IMG/VR virus record: IMGVR_UViG_2852055501_000007 | Location: 1 to 64,000 of that record | Source: a virus | Lineage: Duplodnaviria; Caudoviricetes | Reading direction: 5' to 3' (one strand) | Length of the DNA: 64,000 bases | Translations under genes and position numbers: made by a program | The notes under the pieces: generated by a model | Databases searched by the model: none | Seen by the model: the letters and a program-made list of their open reading frames with translations, nothing else | What the model was told of the DNA's origin: nothing | Shown here: one piece after another, positions 9,714 through 19,960 of the stretch | Layout of the letters: each line of letters begins with the position of its first letter | Numbering within the stretch: the first letter of the stretch is position 1

Positions 9714-10316
9714 TTACTGCTGATCTTCGACGTAAATTCCGGCTGAGATAACCGCGCCGCCGATGCGGCGCTTACCATAACCGATCGGTACCGGATAGCC
9801 CTGAGAAACGGTGTTCACCGGCGCACCGAATGCATATGATGGTTTATTTTCGCCCTGGTCTTTCATAGCAAGCCCGCCCGGCTGCGGGGACAACATCTGG
9901 ATTATACCGCCCAGCATCATGGATACGCCGGTCATGGCCAGCCCGGTATGCATCGCTCCCCATGCCGCCACTGACGCACCGCCTGTCCAGAACGCAGCAG
10001 CCACCATCAACGCGCCGAAAATAACCTGCAGCAATCCCCCGCGTTTGCTGCCGATCACAACAGGCACAATCCGGATAACATCATCCGTCACCGGAAAAAC
10101 GAGGTCATCCACCCCGATATTTTTTTTACCGCGAAATACCGCATACGTTAAGCCGCGGGATTTACTGGTATTCAGATAGCGTTCAAACCCGGGAATTGTG
10201 CAGCATAACGCACGGACCGCTTCGGAGGTTGTGCTGACCAGGCGTTGATGTGTTTTGCCGAAGGTTTTACCCAGCACACCACCGAGTATAATTTTCACCA
10301 TAATTTCCTGTGACAT
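9714..10316 (-). CDS. Tail assembly protein I
   Basis: IRIVPV..GSK, QGYPVPIGYG motifs; probable start MSQEIM. Confidence 0.9.
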   Translation of the reverse strand: MSQEIMVKIILGGVLGKTFGKTHQRLVSTTSEAVRALCCTIPGFERYLNTSKSRGLTYAVFRGKKNIGVDDLVFPVTDDVIRIVPVVIGSKRGGLLQVIFGALMVAAAFWTGGASVAAWGAMHTGLAMTGVSMMLGGIIQMLSPQPGGLAMKDQGENKPSYAFGAPVNTVSQGYPVPIGYGKRRIGGAVISAGIYVEDQQ

Positions 10317-10348
10317 ATTTGCCCCGTAAAAAAAGCCGCCGGAGCGGG

Positions 10349-11053
10349 TCATATCAGTTGCTCATGATGCAGTACCATCACTGTACGATCACGCCAGTAA
10401 CCGCCATACGGTACCCGCTGACTCAGGTGACCGTATAAGTGATGCAGCAGCATATTATCAGGCAGCAGAATACCGGCATGATTGGCGACCGGTGCCTGCA
10501 CCTGCATCACGATAACATCACCGGGTTGCGGATCGTCAACCTGAATAAATCCCGCCTCCCGCCAGTTATCGGCGTACCGGTTCTCACCCTGTTCCCACCA
10601 GGGATAATCCACCCGGTAATCCGGCAGCTCAATGCCGTGTTCCTGCCGGAACCAGCTCATCACCAGCCCCCAGCAGTCCGTAAACCCGAGCACAAATGGC
10701 CGACCAAGTAATGGCAGCTCGCCGCGCGGCTGAACAGTCCGCAGATCCCCCTCCGGCCAGCTGACGATGTACCACGGCACGCCAAGGGCATCACACTGTG
10801 CTTTATCCAGTTCTGACGGTTGGGTGGTAGCATCCGGGTGACTGTGCACAATACCGGTCACCGTACCCCAATCCTCAGCAGCGGCGTAATCCTCCGGTGA
10901 TAATACGAAGTGCTCTTCCGGCGTGGCCGCGACATTGCGGCAGGGAAAGTATTTCACCACCCGGGATTTTTGCACGATCACCCCGCAGCATTCGCGGGGA
11001 TATTCACGCTCTGCGTGTGCAAAAATAGCTGCCTGAATGTTTTTACGCATCAT
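10349..11053 (-). CDS. Tail assembly protein K (JAB + NlpC/P60)
   Basis: ECCG, HSHP, DCWGL motifs. Confidence 0.93.
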   Translation of the reverse strand: MMRKNIQAAIFAHAEREYPRECCGVIVQKSRVVKYFPCRNVAATPEEHFVLSPEDYAAAEDWGTVTGIVHSHPDATTQPSELDKAQCDALGVPWYIVSWPEGDLRTVQPRGELPLLGRPFVLGFTDCWGLVMSWFRQEHGIELPDYRVDYPWWEQGENRYADNWREAGFIQVDDPQPGDVIVMQVQAPVANHAGILLPDNMLLHHLYGHLSQRVPYGGYWRDRTVMVLHHEQLI

Positions 11054-11811
11054 TATTTCCTCAGTAATGAGGTTCCCGGAAAGCCGCCGAACGGGATCGG
11101 ATTATTTTTCCCGAAACGGGGAAAGCAGCCGGTATTCAGCATGCCGCTGCACTGATCCTGTGCCGGGTCATCCACGCGGTTGCCGTGTTTGTCAAAATAC
11201 CCGTTCTGCCCGGCATAATCACAGCCGTCACCGGATTTGTATTTGCCGCGTATGCACCAGGTACACATTGCATGCAGTTGCCGCGTCGGGATCATCACCC
11301 CCTGCAAATCCATCGGGCTGGCTAAATCAAACTCAATAACCTCTTTGGTTTCCGAGGATTTGCTGTCGATATAAAAGACCGAGACTTTTTCCTGGGTAGG
11401 ATCTGCCGCCGGGTTGCCATCCGGAAAATTCGCCGCATCCAGATAGTGTGCCAGGGTGTCGTGTATCGTGACTTTCGCTTTCAGCATGTCATCGTATGCC
11501 AGACACAGCGCGGTGATTGAACCGTCGAGGTTTGCCACCGATAACTTCGGCTGTGCACCGGATCCGGTGGTGGATGCCTCTATCCCTTCAATCTGCGCAG
11601 GCCAGGCCCGATACTCCTCTCCCTGCCACCAGATGGATTTCGCCGGTAATTTTTCCGGATCACCACCGGCGGCAGTAATTTCTGCCTCTGTATGTGGGAT
11701 GTTGTATGCATGGAACCGCAAAATATCCGGCGCACCGAATGCGGTACCGTCAACCTCAAAAAGCCGGACGGCATTACCCGGTTCCAGCTTCTGGTAGTCA
11801 TTTGTGATCAT
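11053..11811 (-). CDS. Minor tail protein L
   Basis: C-terminal Cys cluster and FGGFPG. Confidence 0.93.
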   Translation of the reverse strand: MITNDYQKLEPGNAVRLFEVDGTAFGAPDILRFHAYNIPHTEAEITAAGGDPEKLPAKSIWWQGEEYRAWPAQIEGIEASTTGSGAQPKLSVANLDGSITALCLAYDDMLKAKVTIHDTLAHYLDAANFPDGNPAADPTQEKVSVFYIDSKSSETKEVIEFDLASPMDLQGVMIPTRQLHAMCTWCIRGKYKSGDGCDYAGQNGYFDKHGNRVDDPAQDQCSGMLNTGCFPRFGKNNPIPFGGFPGTSLLRK

Positions 11812-12143
11812 GGTTTAAATGCCTGGGTAAAAGTGAGAGAAAGTGAATAGTTGTCACCGCCGAGCGGGGTGAGCTTATGCTCGTCGCACCGGTACAGACC
11901 GACCGGCTCAAGCGGGGGTTTCCACTGAAAAGCCTTTATGCCGCCGTGACGGTCGATAAACTGACGGATAGCCGCGATATACTCCCCGCGACCGGTAAAT
12001 TCCAGTGACCACTTCTGGCTGCGGGCGTTAATACCGTCACCGGACACCTGCTCATAACCATCACCGAACTTCGCCCTGCGGGTTTTATAGGTGATGTCCT
12101 CCGTGGGATTAACACGGGGACACCAGGTGAAAATTTCAATCAT
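11808..12143 (-). CDS. Minor tail protein M
   Basis: FGDGYEQ..DGIN, AFQWKPP motifs. Confidence 0.93.
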   Translation of the reverse strand: MIEIFTWCPRVNPTEDITYKTRRAKFGDGYEQVSGDGINARSQKWSLEFTGRGEYIAAIRQFIDRHGGIKAFQWKPPLEPVGLYRCDEHKLTPLGGDNYSLSLTFTQAFKP

Positions 12144-15100
12144 TGACGGGCCCCTTTCGCAACCGACCAGATGGCACCGCCGGGCCGCAGATCTGTATTA
12201 ATCAGCGCCCGGTAACGCTGGTCTACATACTGCCCAATCTCCCGGCCAAACTGTTCATAACCAGCTGACGACTGCGTCTGGCTGCTGCCGTTACTGTCAA
12301 TGGTAATAAACACCTGTGGTGCTGCAGAACCGGTATTCTGATTTCTGCCGATCGCCCGGACACCGAGAGAGCCATCCGCCGCCCGTGTTAACGGCATAAT
12401 CGCTTCCGGTCCGGCCTCACCCATCAGCCCGGCACCTTTGGCAAACGCAAAATAAGTCGGGGTGCTGACTATCTGATTACTGTACGCACTCAGGCCCGGG
12501 GAGTCATAAACTCCGCCTTTGGCATTTGCCGCGGCACCTCCCAGAAAGTTACCGACAGCACCAATCCAGCCACCGGCATCTGACATGGATTTCAGGCTGT
12601 TCACGATGGCAGCGTTGACCAGTATTTTCTGGATGGATTTAAGGACATCTATTGACCAGTCGCGCCAGCTGGCTTTATTTCCGTTCAGCATGTCAGTGAT
12701 GTTATTCACCATACCGCCCATGGCGCTCTGCACTGCTGATGCGGTTTGCTCCGCATAATCTCCGGCCTCAGCAACCCAGTCTTCCATCCCCCGGGTAACC
12801 CCGCTGGTCCAGTCAGACTGAACCTCCTTTATTTTCTGATATTTCAGGTTGAGCGCATCAATCTCCCGGTTATAAGCTTCGGTCGCACTTTTTCCCTGAT
12901 CAGATTTGGCATAAACACGATCAATCTGCTGACGCTCATCGTAAAGACTGCGCCGGTTTTCGCCCATTCCCCGGGTTTTATCAATTTGCTCCGCTTCGTC
13001 ACTGAATTTCCGGGCACCGTCACGCATCGCTTTCAGCGCATCATCCATTTCACGCTGCTTTCTGACCGCCCCGTCGGCCTTTTGTGTCCACTCCGCCAGG
13101 GCAACAGAGGATGCGCGGATCGCTTTTCGCTGCTCATCCGTCCATTTGGTACCGGCCTCATGCGCAGCCGCATACAGCTCTGCGGCCTTCTCTCCCTGCG
13201 TGGCCCTGACTTTCTGAACCTCCGTAGCCACACTCAGATCCGCCATTTTACGGGCATACTGCTCCGCCTGACGTTCCGCTTCTTTCTGCTCTTTATTGAA
13301 AGCACTCTGGGCGCTTTTACCCGCTTTCAGTTCCTTACTCAGCTTTTCCTGATTCCGGTAGGCTGCCACCTGATTATCAATGTATTTCTGCCGGTTATCG
13401 GCAAATTCGGGTTTATTCAGCAGACCGATATCATCTGCGGCAAACTCAGCCTGCCGGATAACACGGGCTTCCCCGGTCAGTGCGGACAGTTCTTTGTCCC
13501 GCTCTGATTTCTGAATGAAATCCTGCTGTTTTTCGCTGAGAGGCGCTGCCGGGATACGCATCGGGCTGTTAACCAGAGCCAGGCGGTTGGTCAGGATCTG
13601 ATTTCCGGCAGACATTATCCGGTTAAATTCGCTATGCTCCGCATTCACCATCAGTAATGAATGACGCATATTATTCTGGGCAGCAGACTGCTGACGAATA
13701 AGAAAATCACGCTGACTTTCGACCGCCTTCAGTGCTGACTGAATCTCTTCCGATTTTTTGCTCAGCTCATTAAGTCTGCTCTGTTCAACCGAAAGCTCAT
13801 CCTGCGCAGCCGCCAGGGATTTAACCGCATCTTCCTGACTGATCAGATGGTTAATCAGATAGCCGTTGATGCTGGGGCCGGGTGAGGCCAGCATCTGCTG
13901 ATATCCTGCTATCGCTGATTTTAATCCCTCAACTTTCTGACGCTGCTCATCAACCAGTTTATTTTGCACCGCCAGCGATTCTTTGGTTTTACCGGAGTTA
14001 TCAGCGGTTTCCGGCAGCGTCATTTTATTAAGATTGGCACGAACCTGGTCAATGGTGGCGGCGTATTCAAGTGCGGACTGTCTTGCCTGCTCCTGCTTCT
14101 GGTACATCGTGTACCAGGCACCGGCACCCAGCATCACCAGCCCCGGAATACCACCGACCAGCCCCAGCGCACCACCAAGAAGACGTGAACCGACAGATGT
14201 GACGTTATTCAGGTTGTTTTGTGCGATATTGCGGGCGTTAATATTGCGTGCAACGGATGCCTGTACAGCGGCAAGCCGCTTTTCTGCGCCTGCCTGCGCA
14301 TCGGTTCCGCGTGCAGCTGCCAGTGATTTTTGTGCCCGGTACTCTGCCGCACGCGCTCTGGCAACCGCAATTTGTGTCCCGCGCAGCTGGGCCTGCGCAA
14401 GAGCGACCTCGCCTTTTGCGGCACCGGCCACCCCGATGGTTGCTTTGGTCACACTGGCGGTCAGCCCGCCGAAATACCGTGCAAGGCCAACCCCGACCAG
14501 TGCCCCTGCAACAGTGGCAATAGTGTCTATATTTCCCGCAATACCATTCAGTGCGCCGGTCAGTGTGCTGGTTGCGCCCGATGCCTCATTAGCCCCGCCC
14601 ACCCACGCCATAAAGGCATTTTCCACCTTTTGCGAAGCCATACTGACGGTCTGTGGTAACTGCTCAAATTCTTTTCTGAGTTGCTCCGTATTTGTCAGGA
14701 TCGGAACGATTTTATCGGTAGTCAGCTGCCCGCTCTGTGCCATATCGCGCAGCCCGCCGATGGTGGTCCCCATCCCGTCCGCCAGCAGTTTTGCCAGTCG
14801 TCCGCCGTTCTCCATCACCGCGTTAAATTCTTCACCGCGCAGGACACCGGATCCGAGAGCCTGACTCAGCTGTGTTATAACAGAGCTGGCTTCTTCAGTG
14901 CCTGCACCGGACAGCTTCAGCGAAGTTGCGATGGTTTCCGTGACTTTTGCCACATCCCCCGAGGCATAACCCGCATCACGCATCGACTGCGCAATACGCG
15001 CGTACAGGTTGGTATTTGCCGCCAGTGATGTGCCGGTACGCTGACTTAACGACATCAGCTCCTGCTGAGCCCGGCTGAAATCCTCCGCAGACACAGAGGC

Positions 15101-15400
15101 CAGTTTCAGGCGACCGCTTAACTGGCTCCAGGTATCGGCATAACTGATAAGCTGCTGCGTGGCAAAAGCACCGGCCATGGCCCCCATGACGCCGGTTACT
15201 GTCGATTTTATTGATGACAGTTCATTATTCAGTTCACTGATTGCCCGTTTCGTTTCACGTGATGCCGATGCTGCTTTGCGTCCGCCCTGCTCCAGCGTCC
15301 GGTAATAGTTCTCCCCCATCCGTGAGGCGCGCGCTATTTCAGACTGAAACGAGGAGGAATTTGCCGATATTTTAATAATAAGCTCACGAAGCTTTGCCAT
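12140..15400 (-). CDS. Tail tape measure protein
   Basis: 1086 aa Ala-rich; QLSQALGSGVLRGEEFN and GEAGPEAIMPL motifs. Confidence 0.95.
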   Translation of the reverse strand: MAKLRELIIKISANSSSFQSEIARASRMGENYYRTLEQGGRKAASASRETKRAISELNNELSSIKSTVTGVMGAMAGAFATQQLISYADTWSQLSGRLKLASVSAEDFSRAQQELMSLSQRTGTSLAANTNLYARIAQSMRDAGYASGDVAKVTETIATSLKLSGAGTEEASSVITQLSQALGSGVLRGEEFNAVMENGGRLAKLLADGMGTTIGGLRDMAQSGQLTTDKIVPILTNTEQLRKEFEQLPQTVSMASQKVENAFMAWVGGANEASGATSTLTGALNGIAGNIDTIATVAGALVGVGLARYFGGLTASVTKATIGVAGAAKGEVALAQAQLRGTQIAVARARAAEYRAQKSLAAARGTDAQAGAEKRLAAVQASVARNINARNIAQNNLNNVTSVGSRLLGGALGLVGGIPGLVMLGAGAWYTMYQKQEQARQSALEYAATIDQVRANLNKMTLPETADNSGKTKESLAVQNKLVDEQRQKVEGLKSAIAGYQQMLASPGPSINGYLINHLISQEDAVKSLAAAQDELSVEQSRLNELSKKSEEIQSALKAVESQRDFLIRQQSAAQNNMRHSLLMVNAEHSEFNRIMSAGNQILTNRLALVNSPMRIPAAPLSEKQQDFIQKSERDKELSALTGEARVIRQAEFAADDIGLLNKPEFADNRQKYIDNQVAAYRNQEKLSKELKAGKSAQSAFNKEQKEAERQAEQYARKMADLSVATEVQKVRATQGEKAAELYAAAHEAGTKWTDEQRKAIRASSVALAEWTQKADGAVRKQREMDDALKAMRDGARKFSDEAEQIDKTRGMGENRRSLYDERQQIDRVYAKSDQGKSATEAYNREIDALNLKYQKIKEVQSDWTSGVTRGMEDWVAEAGDYAEQTASAVQSAMGGMVNNITDMLNGNKASWRDWSIDVLKSIQKILVNAAIVNSLKSMSDAGGWIGAVGNFLGGAAANAKGGVYDSPGLSAYSNQIVSTPTYFAFAKGAGLMGEAGPEAIMPLTRAADGSLGVRAIGRNQNTGSAAPQVFITIDSNGSSQTQSSAGYEQFGREIGQYVDQRYRALINTDLRPGGAIWSVAKGARQ

Positions 15401-15425
15401 TACGTCCTCTGCTATGTCAGTACAA

Positions 15426-15732
15426 TCAGGTTTCAGATACCGATTTCAGAAAACCCTCCAGCCCGTCATCTGCCTCACCGTTACCCGTTTTTCCCCATTG
15501 CAGCATCGCATCATTCAGGCTGAGTTTGCCGCCCTGTGCGCCGTACAGCGATGAGACAATATGGGCCGTCTGTATGTCACTGCGGATGTCCCCGATCGGA
15601 CTGAGGCGGTCAAAAGCCATCCACATGGTCAGCTCACCGGCGCTCATCGTTCTGGTCAGTTCATCCACTGTACGCCCCATCCGGAGCGCCAGTGTCATCA
15701 GAAAAAACATCCCGGACTGTGCTACTTTTTTT
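15426..15732 (-). CDS. Tail assembly chaperone GT extension (programmed -1 frameshift)
   Basis: Slippery A-AAA-AAG at the end of G (15725-15732); the -1 frame runs into MFFLMTLALRMGRT. Confidence 0.8.
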
Positions 15733-16105
15733 CCGCTTCATCCGGCGTGGTCATCAGGTCAAGCGCCTGTTTCAGTAAACGGGCATGAACCGGCCCGTAA
15801 ACAGCCATCACTTCTTCAGTGTCGTCATCACTGAACACCCGCTCTTTATCTTCATCCAGCAGCACATCAGAAAACATCACCACATCTGCACGCAGATTGC
15901 GCTGCGCCTGTTCTGCCTCTGACAATTTTTCATCACCGTCTGCGCCGGTATTCATCAGCTCACGCCATCTGAGCCAGGCTGCCGAAGACGGTTCCCGCAG
16001 AATAACGGTGACTCCGCTCCATTCGGGTACCTTCACCATCTTTGAACGGAAGGCGTTTTTTGGACTGAGTGCCAGTTCTTTTAATGACAGTTTCGGATTC
16101 GCCAC
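15722..16105 (-). CDS. Tail assembly chaperone G
   Basis: Between tube and tape measure; ends EAEKK. Confidence 0.88.
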   Translation of the reverse strand: MANPKLSLKELALSPKNAFRSKMVKVPEWSGVTVILREPSSAAWLRWRELMNTGADGDEKLSEAEQAQRNLRADVVMFSDVLLDEDKERVFSDDDTEEVMAVYGPVHARLLKQALDLMTTPDEAEKK

Positions 16106-16108
16106 GGC

Positions 16109-16576
16109 TTATTCCCTCTTTCCCGGCTCAGTTACCGCCCCGTTTTTCAGCGGAACAGGCTTACCTTTCATACGCAGCGTGAAAGACGCGGTGACCAGCC
16201 CGCTGGTTGCCGCACTCCAGCTGTTCTGACGGACTTCTGCCAGGAAGGCATAACCATTACCTGACGGAAATTCCACTTTGAACGCATGAATAGTATCTTT
16301 GTCATAGGCAGTACGCAGAACTTCCTGACCTTCATCTGGTGACCAGTTACCGGAGATCGTGATTTCCCCCGGAGAGGCCAGCCCGTTGGTCATTTCCTGC
16401 TCCGTTGAGCACAGGGTGGTGACATCAATATCCGACTTCTGCCCACCGGTATAACTGATCTCTTTGGCCGCACAGGCCAGCGGCAGAAATTCTGCGGATG
16501 CGGGGTTCACTTCTGTTGCAGGCAGCTTTGAAATACTGATTTTCGTGCCCTGCGTTTTTTCATATTTGCTCGGCAT
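16109..16576 (-). CDS. Major tail tube protein
   Basis: GGQKSDIDVTTLCS motif; position. Confidence 0.9.
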   Translation of the reverse strand: MPSKYEKTQGTKISISKLPATEVNPASAEFLPLACAAKEISYTGGQKSDIDVTTLCSTEQEMTNGLASPGEITISGNWSPDEGQEVLRTAYDKDTIHAFKVEFPSGNGYAFLAEVRQNSWSAATSGLVTASFTLRMKGKPVPLKNGAVTEPGKRE

Positions 16577-16636
16577 GATTATTTTCCTGTAAGCATAAAA
16601 AAAAGCTGCCGCAGCAGCTTGTTGTTCAAGATTACG

Positions 16637-16972
16637 TTATTGCCAGACCTGACACTCCAGCGTGGCCCGGTAAAGCGAGGTATCCGCTTCATAGCCCTGC
16701 TTTTCTGTGAACTCCGCCGGTGAAAGCGGAGAAACAGCAGCAACAGACAGTTCACGGATCCGGCGGGCTTCATCGATGGTTTTTGCATACACATCAATCT
16801 GGATATTGGTCATTGTCTCAGCACGACCGCACAGCACATCTCCACCGGTATCATAAAGTGAAAAAACACACCACGGCGGCTGAATTTTGGGTTCATCCTG
16901 CGGAGCCACATACGGAAAAACCCTGCCCGGCAGCACCGGGTCAAGCAAAGAAAACAAATCAGATTCTTTCAT
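16637..16972 (-). CDS. Tail terminator (DUF3168-like)
   Basis: IQIDVYA motif; position. Confidence 0.8.
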   Translation of the reverse strand: MKESDLFSLLDPVLPGRVFPYVAPQDEPKIQPPWCVFSLYDTGGDVLCGRAETMTNIQIDVYAKTIDEARRIRELSVAAVSPLSPAEFTEKQGYEADTSLYRATLECQVWQ

Positions 16973-17418
16973 CCGCTCAGCACCTTATCGATAGCCTGAC
17001 TGAGTTTGCTCAGCGCCAGATCCGCTGCCTCATCCGCTTTACCGTCAAATGCCGGACGGATAAACGGTTGTGGTGCCATTTTGGATGTGCCGTTTTCCAG
17101 AAAACGCCAGTAAAACGCATTACGCGGATCATCCGCTTTCAGTGTGTTGTCGCTGTTGGTTCCGGCGGCATTGGTTCCCCGGATGTACACACCGGAGACA
17201 ACCTCGCCTTTATAACGGCTCCGCTGACTGCCGGTAACGATATTACGCGCCAGTTTTCCGGTCCTGACAGGAGCGCTCCGCCGGACCTCATCCCGCAGCA
17301 TATCCGCTGCGGCTTTCGCAGCCTCCCGCAGCACACGGGTATTTTCAGCCCGGCTGAGTAATTCCAGATCATGGGACAGTTCAGCAAAACCGGACAAATC
17401 CAGCCTCATATCAGCCAT
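16969..17418 (-). CDS. HK97 gp10-like neck protein
   Basis: APVRTGKL, FLENGTSKMAPQPFIRPA. Confidence 0.9.
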   Translation of the reverse strand: MADMRLDLSGFAELSHDLELLSRAENTRVLREAAKAAADMLRDEVRRSAPVRTGKLARNIVTGSQRSRYKGEVVSGVYIRGTNAAGTNSDNTLKADDPRNAFYWRFLENGTSKMAPQPFIRPAFDGKADEAADLALSKLSQAIDKVLSG

Positions 17419-17737
17419 CTTTCACCCCCTGTTTACACAGCAGTTCCAGCCGGGTAAATTTCACATCCGGGATCACAGCCTGAATATCGTAGACCTGACC
17501 GCGATATATCATCCGGCATGCAGGATTAATATCCGGCCGGTACCGCATCCATACGCGGACCGTTATTTCTGACATTTCCGCTCCGGCGGTCAGCAGTTCC
17601 CGGCCACTGACGGGTCTGACTTCCGCATTCACAGCCGGGCCAATATCAACCCATAACTTTTCTCTCTGGCCAGACGGGAGTATTATGATTTCAGCTCTCT
17701 GAAATACAACAATATGTCTCAGACGACCAGCCTGCAT
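17411..17737 (-). CDS. Head closure / head-tail adaptor
   Basis: MQAGRLRH start, SGRE motif. Confidence 0.88.
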   Translation of the reverse strand: MQAGRLRHIVVFQRAEIIILPSGQREKLWVDIGPAVNAEVRPVSGRELLTAGAEMSEITVRVWMRYRPDINPACRMIYRGQVYDIQAVIPDVKFTRLELLCKQGVKDG

Positions 17738-17747
17738 AATTTCATCC

Positions 17748-18041
17748 TTACGGCCTGCGCCGGTAATCTCTTAAATGGCGGTACAAAGAGTCCGGTAATG
17801 ACTGCCCCTCCCGGTTTTCATACCAAAATCCGACCATCTGTTTTAATCTGAGCACTATATCCGCACTTAAAAACAAGGTATCAGGGTCGTCTTTATCAGG
17901 TTTTTCCGGGGTAAGCTTTCTGTTAGTGACCCGCTCAACTTCTGATATGGCAGCACTCAAAAATTGCAGTAAAAGATCATTATCATGGTCACCATCGATA
18001 TAGCATTGCCTTTTCAGCTCTTCAATTGTCGGTAATGGCAT
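17748..18041 (-). CDS. Head-tail connector (HK97 gp6-like)
   Basis: VGFWYENRE motif. Confidence 0.88.
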   Translation of the reverse strand: MPLPTIEELKRQCYIDGDHDNDLLLQFLSAAISEVERVTNRKLTPEKPDKDDPDTLFLSADIVLRLKQMVGFWYENREGQSLPDSLYRHLRDYRRRP

Positions 18042-18082
18042 GAAACCCTCCGGAAAAGCGGCATCTCTGCCGCCGTAATTAA

Positions 18083-19294
18083 TCAGCCTCCTGCACCTGC
18101 AGCTTTCAGTAATTTCACAGCATTACTGTCCACCATCATGCTGCCGACACGCTTCGTGGTATAGAAATGCACAAACGGCTTGTTGGTGTACGGGTCGCGC
18201 AGCATACGGATGCCGATACGATCCAGGATGGTGTAGCAGCGTCTGAAGTTACCGAACGCCAGCGGAACAGCACCGGCAGCCATATCAGCAAACTGCTCAT
18301 TTTCCGCAATACCATATCCCAGTAATGCAGACGGCTGACCCAATTGCAGGCCCGGCTGCCACAGGTAATTCCCCTGGGAATCCTTCAGTGTGCGCACTTT
18401 GAATAACGTATTGTTATTCATCATAAACTTAGCACCGTTACGGTATGGTTTTCGCAGGGTATAAATCAGTTTCATCACTTCATCAGCGGTCAGTTCGGTC
18501 GGTTTCTTCAGCAACAGGTGTTGCAATTTGCCCCAGTCACGCTCCTTATCCGCTTTATCATCACTGCCGTAGGCCAGCAATCCTTTGGGCTTTTTGCTGC
18601 CGTCTCCGCTGATGAATGCCGCTTCTTCCTGCGCTGCAAATTCAGTTGTCAGTTCACCGGTAATGAACTGCTCAACGTTGAAAAAGGAATCATCCAGCAT
18701 GGTCTGAGTCGCCGCCGGATTGCCGTAAATTTCACCCCACACCGGTTCAATGGTACCGAGTTTTGACGTGCTGGTTTCCGGACGGGCATCAGTCTCACCA
18801 ACCCAACCGCTGCCGGTACCTCCCATATTCACGAGGCGCTTGTAATTCGGCGTGCCGACTGAGACAACATTACATTCCTGACGCATAATGACTTCGTCAC
18901 GCAGAGCAGAAATAATATTGCGATCCAGTTCTTCCGGCACGGCATAACCACCGTCAGGATCAGAACCAATCTGCATGGCTTTCTGTTCCAGTTCGGCCAG
19001 GCCGTCATCCTTACCTTTGCGGACAAACAGTTCGAATGCACTTTTGTGTTCAGCAACATCTTTGTTTGCCACACCACCTGCCGGGCGTTTCACGGCGGCC
19101 AGCTCAGCTTCCAGCGACGATTTCAGCTCGTCCAGTTCGGATAATTTGCCGTTCAGAGTTTCCACTGACTCGGCCAGTCTGCCTTTTTCTGATTCGATGG
19201 CATCAATACGTTTGTCATTTTTTGACTTAAATTCTTCAAATGACGCTTTCAGCTCTTTTGCCACTTCACTGATATCTTTATGATCAACAGCCAT
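18083..19294 (-). CDS. Major capsid protein, HK97 family
   Basis: Coiled-coil delta domain, DGGYAVPE, GDGSKKPKG, YLWQP. Confidence 0.95.
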   Translation of the reverse strand: MAVDHKDISEVAKELKASFEEFKSKNDKRIDAIESEKGRLAESVETLNGKLSELDELKSSLEAELAAVKRPAGGVANKDVAEHKSAFELFVRKGKDDGLAELEQKAMQIGSDPDGGYAVPEELDRNIISALRDEVIMRQECNVVSVGTPNYKRLVNMGGTGSGWVGETDARPETSTSKLGTIEPVWGEIYGNPAATQTMLDDSFFNVEQFITGELTTEFAAQEEAAFISGDGSKKPKGLLAYGSDDKADKERDWGKLQHLLLKKPTELTADEVMKLIYTLRKPYRNGAKFMMNNNTLFKVRTLKDSQGNYLWQPGLQLGQPSALLGYGIAENEQFADMAAGAVPLAFGNFRRCYTILDRIGIRMLRDPYTNKPFVHFYTTKRVGSMMVDSNAVKLLKAAGAGG

Positions 19295-19303
19295 AACAGC
19301 CCC

Positions 19304-19960
19304 TTACTGATTAAAATTAATGGATTTAAGTGTTTCCAGTGCATCTTCCTCTGCGTCACGCAGAGAGAGAGCATGGTAGCCGTCGGCCATAAATGCCTTA
19401 GCCTGTGTCCGCGACAGTCCGGCATCACGCAGGACGCGCTCAATACTTTTTTGTGACGGGATGTCACCACGGGCAAATGCCGATTTAACATCACTGACCC
19501 GGGCTTCATCATTGGACGGGAAGGTCACCAGACTCACTTCCCACAGATCGATTTCTTTCAGGAGAAACGCCCCTTTACTCCGGTCGTACTCCCAGTCTTT
19601 CAGGATGTAGCCAATAGAAAGGCCGGATAATGATCCGGCCTTCAGATGTGCATGAGCCCGTTTTGACAGCGGGTCATCCTCGATAAGCAGCCGCCCTTTG
19701 ACATACAGGCCGGTATCATCCTCCCGCATTTCGGTATACACACCGACCGGTTCGGAAATCTGGTGCTGCCAGAGCATGGCCGGAAGACCGCCCTTCTCCC
19801 GCCATTCATTCAGTGATGCCTGAAAAGCACCCGGCACAACAATATCGCTGTAGCTGTCCTTCACGCCGAAAACCGATCCGTATCCTTCAAACTCGCCGGT
19901 TTCAGTGACCGACTTTATTTTCAGCGGTATGTCCAGCCGCTGTTTAGTCATCATCGACAT
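19304..19960 (-). CDS. Prohead protease, HK97 family
   Basis: FEGYGSVF, LWQH, GLSIGY, EVSLVTFPSN. Confidence 0.95.
   Translation of the reverse strand: MSMMTKQRLDIPLKIKSVTETGEFEGYGSVFGVKDSYSDIVVPGAFQASLNEWREKGGLPAMLWQHQISEPVGVYTEMREDDTGLYVKGRLLIEDDPLSKRAHAHLKAGSLSGLSIGYILKDWEYDRSKGAFLLKEIDLWEVSLVTFPSNDEARVSDVKSAFARGDIPSQKSIERVLRDAGLSRTQAKAFMADGYHALSLRDAEEDALETLKSINFNQ

Noticed and set aside
12746-15028. Long plus-strand ORFs opposite the tape measure, and similar antisense ORFs across structural genes
   Set aside because: Shadow ORFs of GC-rich coding strands with no motifs
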